Below the pieces are notes generated by a model that worked only from the letters and a program-made list of their open reading frames with translations, was not told the DNA's origin and searched no databases. This document shows, piece by piece, positions 1 to 8,636 of a stretch of 27,497 nt of DNA. The DNA comes from an uncultured Syntrophomonadaceae bacterium (GTDB taxonomy: Bacteria; Bacillota; Syntrophomonadia; Syntrophomonadales; Syntrophomonadaceae). Within the stretch, counting starts at the first letter, position 1, and every line of letters begins with the position of its first letter. Where the stretch lies: NCBI GenBank assembly GCA_964648825.1, contig CAZYLY010000004.1, positions 1 through 27,497 of the forward strand, given 5' to 3'. Position numbers and translations under genes: made by a program.

Positions 1-2286
1 GGCGCTAAAATAATCGTTGTCGATCCACGTTTTACCCGTACTGCTTCTAAAGCTGACATTTTCGCTCAGATACGGCCGGGAACTGACATTGCTTATCTAG
101 GAGCTATCATCAAATATATTATTGATGAAAAGCTTTATGATGAGTTTTATGTATTAAACTTTACGAATGCTTTGTTAAAGGTAAGTAAAGATTTTAAATT
201 CGAAAACGGTTTATTCTCCGGTTTTGATGAAGCTACGAAGAAATATAATTACGCGTCTTGGGCATATCAACTTGGCGAAGATAACAAACCGCTTAAGGCT
301 GATAGCATAGATGACCCGGATTGCGTATTCCAAAAAATCAAAGAACATTATGCTAGATATACTTTCGAAACTGCCGAGCAGATTTCCGGTATTCCGGCTG
401 ACAAAATTAAGCTTATAGCTGACACTTTTGCGGCTGCTAAACCTGGGAATATTCTTTATGCATTAGGCATGACTCAACATACTACTGGGGTACAAGGTAT
501 TCGTTGTTATGCCATTATCCAATTACTATTAGGTAATGTAGGTAAAGCTGGCGGCGGTATCCAAGCTCTCCGTGGCGAGCCTAATGTTCAAGGTTCAACC
601 GATATGGCTAACCTTAACTCTAATTTACCAGGCTATATTCCTTATCCTACTAATGCCCAGGTAACTTTACATGATTTCGCTGTTGCCAATGGTGCAGTGC
701 AACAAAAGCCACTAGTCGCTTTGCTTAAAGCTTGGTTTGGCAAAAATGCTACAGCCGAAAATGATTATGGTTATGGCTGGTTACCTAAAAATGATCCCAC
801 TAATATGCCTATCCAACCTCAATTTTTTAATTGGATGGAAAAAGGCCAATTTAAAATGCTCTTTAACTTTGGCTCCAACTCATCAGTATCAATTCCTGAT
901 CGCAAGATGGTAGCTAGAGGACTTTCCTGTCTGGAAATGCTAGTAGTAGCTGATATATTTAATGTAGAAACTGCTCAATTCTGGCGTGAACCCGGGTTAA
1001 ATCCCCAAGAAATCCAGACCGAAGTTATATACTTACCGGCAGCCTTTGTTTATGAAAAGGCTGGAACTATGACCAACTCTTCCAGATTAATTCAATGGAA
1101 AGATGTTGCTCTAGAGCCGTTAAACGGTTGTTGGCCTGACTTGGATATTTTAGATAAAGTATTTAACAAAATCCGTGAGATTTATGCTGGAAGTACCGAT
1201 CCTAAGGATGCTCCGATTCTAAATGCTAATTGGGATTACGGTCATCATCCAGATCCATTAAAAGTTTTACAAGAACTTAATGGCTACAACGATAATACCG
1301 GACAATTAAATGCTACATTAGCAGAATATCTAAATGCACCTATCGGTACAGTATCAACCGGATGTTGGATATATGCCGGTGTTACTCCTCCAGGCAAAAA
1401 CTTAGCTGACCGCAGAGATGGTTCTGACCCCACTGGCTTAGGTCTAAATAATAATTATGCCTTCGCTTGGCCGGGTAATATCAGAGTATTATACAACCGG
1501 GCATCTTGCGATGGAGACGGAAAGCCAGTTGATGATAACCGTAAACTTATTTGGTGGGATCCTGCTAAAAACTTATGGGATGGCGTTGATGGACCTGACG
1601 TTATTGATAAGACTAAGGGACCTGACACTCCAGAAGGAAAGCAAGCTTTCCGTATGAACCCTGAAGGTGTAGGACGCTTATTTACTGCTAGTTACACTAG
1701 TGGTGTATCAACATCACCAGTACCTACCGACAGTATTGCTGCTATTCCTGTTCGTGGAGCTGGTATGACTATTGATGGACCGATGCCGGAATTCTACGAG
1801 CCGATTGAAAGTCCGACCACTAATATATTACATCCAGAACAGCAAAATAATCCCATGGCTAAAATCGTATCCACCGAGTTTGGTGATCCTAATGATTATC
1901 CTTACGTACTTACTACTTATGCAGTAGTTGAACACTTCTGTGCCGGTGGTATTACCCGTAATATTCCTTACCTAAATGAAATTATGCCTGAGCCATTTGT
2001 AGAAATGAGTAAAAACTTAGGCAAAAAGATTGGTGTTAAAGAAGGGGATTATGTTGAACTTTCTTCAATTCGCGGCAAAATTAAAGTACGCGCTTTAGTA
2101 ACTGACCGTATCCAAACCTTAACAATTAATGGTAAGGAAACAGAAACGGTTGGAATGCCATGGAGTTGGGGATTTGCTAGCTTAAATCCTGGCCCCGGCG
2201 CGAATAATGTGACAATGAACGCATGTGACCCAGGAGCAGGAACTCCTGAGTATAAATGTTGTCTTGTCAACGTAAGGAGGGCTTAA
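1..2286 (+). CDS. fdnG: Formate dehydrogenase-N type alpha (catalytic Mo/W-bisPGD) subunit, 5'-truncated by the window edge
   Basis: Frame 1 is open from base 1 (GAKIIVVDPRFTRTASKAD...RPGTD), so the TTG at 172 is not the start. Motifs GMTQHTTG, LLLGNVGKAGGG, LRGEPNVQGSTD, WPGNIRVLYNRAS, GPMPEFYEP and PEYKCCLVNV are present; followed by fdnH- and fdnI-like genes. The Sec/Cys ligand and Tat signal would lie upstream of the window. Confidence 0.93.
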   Translation, partial: GAKIIVVDPRFTRTASKADIFAQIRPGTDIAYLGAIIKYIIDEKLYDEFYVLNFTNALLKVSKDFKFENGLFSGFDEATKKYNYASWAYQLGEDNKPLKADSIDDPDCVFQKIKEHYARYTFETAEQISGIPADKIKLIADTFAAAKPGNILYALGMTQHTTGVQGIRCYAIIQLLLGNVGKAGGGIQALRGEPNVQGSTDMANLNSNLPGYIPYPTNAQVTLHDFAVANGAVQQKPLVALLKAWFGKNATAENDYGYGWLPKNDPTNMPIQPQFFNWMEKGQFKMLFNFGSNSSVSIPDRKMVARGLSCLEMLVVADIFNVETAQFWREPGLNPQEIQTEVIYLPAAFVYEKAGTMTNSSRLIQWKDVALEPLNGCWPDLDILDKVFNKIREIYAGSTDPKDAPILNANWDYGHHPDPLKVLQELNGYNDNTGQLNATLAEYLNAPIGTVSTGCWIYAGVTPPGKNLADRRDGSDPTGLGLNNNYAFAWPGNIRVLYNRASCDGDGKPVDDNRKLIWWDPAKNLWDGVDGPDVIDKTKGPDTPEGKQAFRMNPEGVGRLFTASYTSGVSTSPVPTDSIAAIPVRGAGMTIDGPMPEFYEPIESPTTNILHPEQQNNPMAKIVSTEFGDPNDYPYVLTTYAVVEHFCAGGITRNIPYLNEIMPEPFVEMSKNLGKKIGVKEGDYVELSSIRGKIKVRALVTDRIQTLTINGKETETVGMPWSWGFASLNPGPGANNVTMNACDPGAGTPEYKCCLVNVRRA

Positions 2287-2288
2287 CT

Positions 2289-3095
2289 ATGACTACACCT
2301 AAAATGGTTTTTGTTGACACTTCAAAATGTACTGGGTGTAAAGCCTGTTCAGTTGCATGTAAAGCTTGGAATGATTTACCAGCTAAGAAAACTCAACTAG
2401 TAACTAGCTATCAAGCCCAAAAAGATTACGAATATGATACTTGGACTTATATTAGTTTCCATGAGAAGTACTTGGACGGAAAAATGGAATGGTTGATGTT
2501 TAAACATCAGTGCTACCATTGTGCTGATCCAGCCTGTATGAAAGCTTGTCCTTCAGAAGCTATTTATAAGACTGATTCCGGCTATACCATAATCGATCAA
2601 GAAAAATGTATTGGTTGTGGATATTGTGTAGAAAACTGTCCGTGGAGTGTACCTAGGACTAATAAGGAAATTAACAAAACCTTTAAATGTACTGGTTGTA
2701 TTGACCGGGTAGAAAATGGCATTGAACCTGCCTGTGTTGCTACTTGTCAACCAGGAGCACTACACTACGGTGAAAAAGCTGATATGCAAGCATTTGCTAA
2801 AGAGCGTCTTGCTGAAGTAATTAAAACCCATCCCAAAGCTCAATTATACGGGGATGACATTATGGGTGGAACCACCTATCTCTATCTAATATTAGATAAA
2901 CCAGAAGTTTATGGATTACCAGCTAAACCAAAAACACCGTTGTCTTTAACCTTGTGGAAAGATTTAGTACATCCATTAGGTGGAATAGCAATAGGTGCAG
3001 CAGCGGTAGCAGTTGCTGCTGGAGTAGTTGCAAACTTTGCTCGGGGTAATTATCGCGCTAAAGATGATGGCGACGATTTTACTCCCCCGCAATAA
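2289..3095 (+). CDS. fdnH: Formate dehydrogenase iron-sulfur beta subunit with C-terminal membrane anchor
   Basis: Four Cys clusters (CTGCKACSVAC, CYHCADPACMKAC, CIGCGYCVENC, CTGCIDR...PACVATC) and a hydrophobic C-terminal helix. ATG 2289 follows AAGGAGG (2274-2280); preferred over the ORF-track start 2256. Confidence 0.93.
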   Translation: MTTPKMVFVDTSKCTGCKACSVACKAWNDLPAKKTQLVTSYQAQKDYEYDTWTYISFHEKYLDGKMEWLMFKHQCYHCADPACMKACPSEAIYKTDSGYTIIDQEKCIGCGYCVENCPWSVPRTNKEINKTFKCTGCIDRVENGIEPACVATCQPGALHYGEKADMQAFAKERLAEVIKTHPKAQLYGDDIMGGTTYLYLILDKPEVYGLPAKPKTPLSLTLWKDLVHPLGGIAIGAAAVAVAAGVVANFARGNYRAKDDGDDFTPPQ

Positions 3096-3107
3096 GGAGG
3101 TAATGGG

Positions 3108-3770
3108 ATGACTAAAGGTGCTAAAAAAACAATTATGCGTTTTACTGTTGGCGAACGCCTGGTCCATTGGGCACATGCTGTAGCCTTCTTATTGCTGCTC
3201 TTTACCGGTTTAGGAGTATTATCTGTAGTATTCCAACCGGCGATGAAAGTTTTCGGCGGTATTGATGTCACTAGAGATATTCATCGTTGGGCAGCTGGAT
3301 TATTTACTGTATCTATCATAATAGGATTTACTTTTGGTGAAGGCGCGAGACAACTTAGAAGTTGGTTTAAAGAGTCTTTTAAATTTACTAAAGATGACTT
3401 TGCCCATGCCAAAAACTTCCCCATCGAATTTTTTGGCGGACATAAGCCTTTCCCACCCCAAGGTAAATTCAACGGTGGTGAAAAACTTAACTCCATGATT
3501 ACTATATTAGGTACCCTGGGTGTGGCTACAAGTGGTTATATCTTATGGTTTGCTCCTTCTGTACCCCAATGGATTGTACAATGGGCATACCCTATCCACG
3601 CAGGTTGTGCATTATTAATGACCGCATTATTAATTGCACATTTCTACCTAGGTGTGCTACATCCTGATTCTAACCAAGCTTTAAGCGGAATGTTTAATGG
3701 TAAGGTTCCAGAAAAGTTTGCTTACGAACATTATGAAAGATGGTATAACGAAGTAAAAAACCAACAATAA
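3108..3770 (+). CDS. fdnI: Formate dehydrogenase cytochrome b gamma subunit
   Basis: Hydrophobic helices with candidate heme His ligands (ERLVHWAH, DIHRW, YPIHAG, IAHFY) and a QGKFNGGEKL motif; AAGGAGG upstream. Confidence 0.92.
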   Translation: MTKGAKKTIMRFTVGERLVHWAHAVAFLLLLFTGLGVLSVVFQPAMKVFGGIDVTRDIHRWAAGLFTVSIIIGFTFGEGARQLRSWFKESFKFTKDDFAHAKNFPIEFFGGHKPFPPQGKFNGGEKLNSMITILGTLGVATSGYILWFAPSVPQWIVQWAYPIHAGCALLMTALLIAHFYLGVLHPDSNQALSGMFNGKVPEKFAYEHYERWYNEVKNQQ

Positions 3771-3810
3771 AATAGGAGATAGGGCAGTTATACTGCCCTA
3801 TCCTATTATT
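3771..3810 (+). terminator. Probable intrinsic terminator after fdnI
   Basis: ATAGGGCAG-TTATA-CTGCCCTAT perfect stem, extendable with AATAGG/CCTATT; only a weak U tail. Confidence 0.6.
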
Positions 3811-3985
3811 AAACCTCGTTTGTACAAAAAGGAAATTATTCCATAAAAATTATGTTAATTCTCCGATATCGGGATAAGGCAAAATTTTTTTGTTCATCTT
3901 TAGTCGGAGAATAAAAACGTTATATAGCCTTAATGTTTAAGGAAAAATAAGGCAATATTACTTGCCCTTTAAGGAGAGAATTAAT

Positions 3986-4753
3986 ATGGGTACCAGAAAC
4001 GGTGAATCTAATATAGCCGAAGATAGAAATGTAGAACAAGCTTATCAGAAATACAAGCATTTAAGACAAATAGTTGAAAAGTGGCAACAAAAGGATAATT
4101 CTAATTGGCTTGAAGCACTTGAATTAGCTGATACCCCTCCATATATATCTGTGAAGGAATTCCCTATAATGCCGATTATTGAGCTTTGGCAACAGTTAAA
4201 TTCTTTTTCAAATATAAGTGTTCCCAACTCAAGACTTGAAGCAATATGGGAAAAATTCAAAAATGATAAGAATGTTACTGAAGCCATTGAAGATGGCATA
4301 TTACTAAATCTGCAACTAGCTATAAATGGTACGGCACAAATTATTCGCCAAGCAGTAGTAGAGAAAATGTTTTTAATTGACCTGGAAGATACCAATCAAT
4401 TTAGTACTACTATGTGCCCTATTTGCGGAGAAACACCATCGGTAGTAGTCTTGAAAGCTCCTAATGGTCATCGGGTGATTCATTGCAGTACCTGTGATTT
4501 TGAATGGCCGGCTTTAAGGATTGGTTGCATTTATTGCAATAATACGGAAGCTAAAAAACAAATGTATTTGAAAAACGATATATTTCCTGGTATTGAGGCG
4601 GTGGCTTGCACCTCCTGTGGAAACTTTTTCAAGGAAATTGATACTAGAGAATTATTAGTTAGAGATTTTATATGGGAAGACTTAAGAACTATCCCTTTAA
4701 ATTATGCGACCGAACTTTGGTTAAAGGAAAATGTGTCAATTAATATGGTTTAA
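3986..4753 (+). CDS. fdhE: Formate dehydrogenase accessory protein FdhE
   Basis: Cys pairs CPICG, CSTC, CIYC and CTSC with the W...R..C..C pattern of FdhE; ATG 3986 after AAGGAG (3971-3976); lies between two FDH loci. Confidence 0.85.
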   Translation: MGTRNGESNIAEDRNVEQAYQKYKHLRQIVEKWQQKDNSNWLEALELADTPPYISVKEFPIMPIIELWQQLNSFSNISVPNSRLEAIWEKFKNDKNVTEAIEDGILLNLQLAINGTAQIIRQAVVEKMFLIDLEDTNQFSTTMCPICGETPSVVVLKAPNGHRVIHCSTCDFEWPALRIGCIYCNNTEAKKQMYLKNDIFPGIEAVACTSCGNFFKEIDTRELLVRDFIWEDLRTIPLNYATELWLKENVSINMV

Positions 4754-4768
4754 TTGCGCTAGTATTCA

Positions 4769-4796
4769 TTGTTAAGACTAATTACTTAATTATAGT
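4769..4796 (+). promoter_or_regulatory. Candidate sigma-A promoter for the cytoplasmic FDH operon
   Basis: TTGTTA-N16-TATAGT; overlapped by the palindrome AATTACT-N7-AGTAATT (4780-4800). Confidence 0.35.
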
Positions 4797-4846
4797 AATT
4801 GTTTTTTAATGTAAGTTGATTAAAGGGTAAAGAAGGAGTGATGGAC

Positions 4847-7528
4847 GTGAAATTAATCAAGTTGATCATTAACGGGAAGGAGGTTGAAGCTCCAGCAGGT
4901 AGCACAATCCTTGAAGCAGCCGAGGGCGCAGGGATTGATATTCCCAGATTATGCTACGATCCAGAATTATCTAAGATGGGAGCATGCCGCTTATGCGTAG
5001 TAGAAGTAGAAGGGAATCACCTTTTACCAGCTTCATGCGTAACTCCCGTTACAGAAGGAATGGTAGTTAATACAGAATCACCGGCAGTAGTAGAAGCACG
5101 GAAAATGATTCTTGACTTAACCCTAGCAGACCATCCGATGGATTGTATGACCTGTGAGAAAATGGGTGATTGCGTTTTATCTGAATATGCTTATCGTTAT
5201 GGCTTAAAAGGTTCTTCCTTCGAGGGTGAAAAACATAATTATGCCATTGATGATAGCAACCCATTTATTATTCGGGATTTAAACAAGTGTATTTTATGCG
5301 GCGCTTGTGTTAGAGCTTGTGAGGAATTAACTGGTGCTGACAACTTATCTTACCTGTATCGGGGCTTTGATCGTAAGGCTACAACCGCAGGGGATGTAGA
5401 TTATATCGATTCGGATTGTGTCTTCTGTGGACAATGTGTGGCGGTATGTCCTACTGGTGCTTTAATGGAAAAACCATTAGCAGGCATCGGTCGCCGTTTT
5501 GATTTTGAAAGAGTTAAAACTACTTGTCCGTTTTGCGGAACTGGTTGTAACTTTGATTTAGCAGTTAAGGATGAAAAGGTAGTAGGGGTACTTTCTAATC
5601 CAAATAGCCGGGTTAATGGTCGTAGTTTATGTGTTAAAGGACGTTTTGGCTGGGATTATATTTATAACGACAACCGACTAAAAACTCCTTTAATTAAAAG
5701 AAACGGAAAATTTGAACCTGCTTCCTGGGATGAAGCATATGATCTAATCGCTGCTAAGCTTAAGGAAATAAAGGACAAATACGGTAGTGACGCATTTGCT
5801 TCGCTTAGTTCAGCTCGCTGTACTAATGAAGAAAACTTCTTAATGCAAAAATTTACCCGGGCAGTTATGGGAACTAATAGTTGTGACCATTGTGCCCGTA
5901 CCTGACACGCACCTACCGTAGCCGGTCTGGCTACTACATTTGGCAGTGGTGCAATGACTAATCCCATCAGCGATATTACTAATGAAGTAGAATTAATGTT
6001 AGTAATAGGCGCTAATCCTACCGAAGCTCATCCGATTATTGGCTATAAAATGAGACAAGCTGCCCGTAATGGTGCAAAACTAGTAGTATGTGACCCGCGT
6101 CATATCGATCTAGTTGATGAATCTACTTATTGGCTGCGCCAAAATCATGGAACTGATATACCCCTTGTTAATGGACTTATGCATATTATCTTAAAAGAAG
6201 GCTTAGAAGATAAGAAATTTATTGAAGAGCGGACTGAAAACTACGAAGAATTAAAAGCGGTCGTAGAAAATTATCCGCCCGAAAAGGTATCAGAAATTAC
6301 TGGTATTGCTGTGGATGATTTATATGCAGTAGCTAGACTTTATGCTACTACTGATAAAGCTACTATTTATTACACCCTAGGTATTACTGAGCATATTTGC
6401 GGAACTAAAAACGTAATGAGCTTAGCTAATTTAGCTATGCTAACAGGGCATATTGGCAGACCTGGAACAGGTGTATGTCCGATGCGTGGTCAAAATAATG
6501 TTCAGGGTGCTTGTGACATGGGTGCTCTGCCTAATGTTTACTCTGGTTATCAAGCAGTTACTTCTGATGAAGTCAGAGTTAAGCATGAAAATGCTTGGGG
6601 AGTATCCCTATCAAACAAAATGGGCTTAAAAATCCCTGAAATGTTTGACGCTGCTGTAGAAGGTAAAGTAAAAGCTATGTATATTTTAGGTGAAAATCCA
6701 GTTTTAAGTGATCCGAATGCTAATCATATTAAAGCCGGTTTAGAAAACCTGGAATTTTTAGTAGTTCAAGAATTATTCTTAACTGAAACTGCTGAATTTG
6801 CTGATGTTATTCTTCCTGGTGCAAGTTTTGCTGAAACTGACGGTACCTTCACTAATACTGAGCGTCGGGTGCAAAGAGTACGTAAAGCTATTAAGCCTTT
6901 AGCCGGAAAATCCGAGTGGGAAATTATTTGTGACGTTTCCACTAGAATGGGTTATCCCATGAGTTATGATAGCCCGAAAGAGATATGGGATGAAATGGCC
7001 TCCCTGTCACCTTCCATGGCTGGTATTAACTATGGTAGAATAGAAGAAAATAATGGCTTGCAGTGGCCTTGCCCAACTCTTGACCATCCGGGAACTCCAT
7101 TTTTACATGCTGGAAAATTTACTAGAGGTTTAGGATTATTCCAACCTTCAGAACATATTCCGCCAGGTGAAATGCCGGATGCAGATTATCCGTACTTATT
7201 ATGTACTGGCAGAATACTACAACATTATAATGTTACTACTATGTATTCTTCGGGCATAATGGAAGTCTGGAATAAAGAAATGGCAGAACTTAATCCTATT
7301 GATGCTGAAAAACTTGGGGTAAAAACTAATGACCAAGTGAAAGTTACATCAAGAAGGGGAGAAGTAGTAACTCATGTTCAGGTTACTGACAGAGTATTAC
7401 CAGGTGTAATTTGGATGTCTTTCCATTACCCAGATACTCCTACTAATGATATAACTAGTCATCATATAGATTCTATTACTGGAACCGGTGAATATAAGGT
7501 TGCTGCAGTTAAAATTGAAAAACTGTAG
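4847..7528 (+). CDS. fdhF: Selenocysteine-containing cytoplasmic formate dehydrogenase alpha subunit (FdhF-like with N-terminal NuoG/HydA-type Fe-S domains), about 893 aa
   Basis: ORFs 4838..5905 and 5954..7528 are in the same frame and separated only by TGA 5903-5905, giving [26 protein letters not shown], the FDH active-site motif. N-terminal [2Fe-2S], His-ligated [4Fe-4S] (HPMDCMTC), 2x[4Fe-4S] and CPFCGTGC motifs; MRGQNNVQG and GEYKVAAV. GTG 4847 is best spaced from AAGGAG (4833-4838); 4838 and 4841 are alternative starts. Confidence 0.93.
5918..5934 (+). promoter_or_regulatory. Bacterial SECIS-like hairpin
   Basis: GTAGCC-GGTCT-GGCTAC perfect 6-bp stem; the G-initiated loop begins 18 nt after the UGA. 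Confidence 0.75.
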
Positions 7529-7539
7529 GAGGCATATGA

Positions 7540-8612
7540 ATGCGCAAGGTAGCAGTAGATGAAGCAGTAGGTTTAGTACTAGGTTATGATATAACTAAAA
7601 TTGTACCGGGAACTGAGAAATATCGAGCTTTTCGCAAGGGTCATGTGATTACGGAGGATGACATACCTAAGCTGTTAGATATGGGCAAAGAGCATATCTT
7701 CGTGTGGGAGCCTGAAGAAGGTCTAATTCATGAAGATGAAGGTGCTGTAAGCTTAGCTAAATTAGCAGCTGGCTCTGGAATCTAGATGAAGGTGCTGTAA
7801 GCTTAGCTAAATTAGCAGCTGGCTCTGGAATCACTTTGACCGAACCCAGCCAAGGGCGGGTTAACCTAGTCGCTGATGTTGACGGACTACTTAAAGTAAA
7901 TGTGGAGTTACTTAATAAAATGAATCATTTTACTGACATAGTTTTTGCTACTTTGCATAACAACCGAGCAGTTAGCAAAGGTCAGTTAGTAGCTGGAACT
8001 AGAGTAGTACCGATAGCAGTTCCTAATGAAACGATAAAAAAAGTAGAGAAGCTTACTGCTAATGCGGCTCCTTTGCTTATGATTAAACCTTTTATTCCCT
8101 TAAAGGTAGCAGTTGTTACCACCGGTACGGAAGTATATAGCGGACGTATTAAAGATGGCTTTGCCGATGTTATTAAACAAAAAATTGCTCCTTTTGGCGG
8201 AAACTTTAGGGGGCAAGCATTAGCCCCGGATAAACACGAATTAATAACTAAAGAAATTTTAAATTTTCTTGAAGAAGGGGCAGAATTAATTATTGTTACT
8301 GGAGGGATGTCGGTAGATGCTGACGATGTTACTCCACAGGGAATAAGAGATACTAAAGCAGATGTAGTCTTTTATGGAGCACCCATTTTGCCAGGCTCAC
8401 AGTTTATGTTAGCTTATAAAGAAGGTATACCTATATGCGGGGTACCGGGAGGGGCTTTGTATAGTCGCAAAACTACTTTAGATTTATTACTTCCTCGTTT
8501 ATTTGCCGATGACCAAATAGACTATGCCGATATTGCAGCGATGGGACATGGTGGTTTATGTGAAGATTGTAAAGTCTGTCATTTTCCCCAATGTACCTTT
8601 GGTAAAGCTTAG
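7540..8612 (+). pseudogene. MoeA-like molybdopterin-binding protein with C-terminal four-Cys motif, interrupted by a 50-bp frameshifting duplication (or assembly artefact)
   Basis: ORFs 7540..7785 and 7836..8612 join into one 340-aa protein (...LAAGSGI-T-LTEPSQGRV...) if 7783-7832 is removed. Motifs TTGTEVYSGRIKDGF, VTGGMSVDADDVTP, YGAPILPGS and CEDCKVCHFPQCTFGK; RBS AGGAGG at 7527-7532. Confidence 0.85.
7734..7832 (+). repeat. 49-bp perfect direct repeat (7734-7782 and 7784-7832) separated by a single T
   Basis: AGATGAAGGTGCTGTAAGCTTAGCTAAATTAGCAGCTGGCTCTGGAATC occurs twice; the spacer T7783 creates an in-frame TAG. Confidence 0.97.
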
Positions 8613-8636
8613 TAATCTAACAGGAGGATTGACGAA

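Noticed and set aside
172-174. TTG start for the first ORF
   Set aside because: The frame is open and FDH-like from base 1; the true start is upstream of the window.
3950-3965. Sigma-54 promoter (GGCA...TTGC) before fdhE
   Set aside because: There are 11 nt between GG and GC instead of 10, and the implied start site would cut off the RBS.
4769-4786. Rex operator at the FDH promoter
   Set aside because: Only the TTGTTAA half is present; the second half (AATTACT) does not match TTAACAA.
4838-7528. Two separate genes or a nonsense-mutated FDH pseudogene
   Set aside because: The single TGA is in frame, at the catalytic Sec position, and followed by a SECIS-like hairpin.
7783-7785. Pyrrolysine or amber read-through in the MoeA-like gene
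   Set aside because: The insertion is 50 bp, so read-through would continue in the wrong frame.
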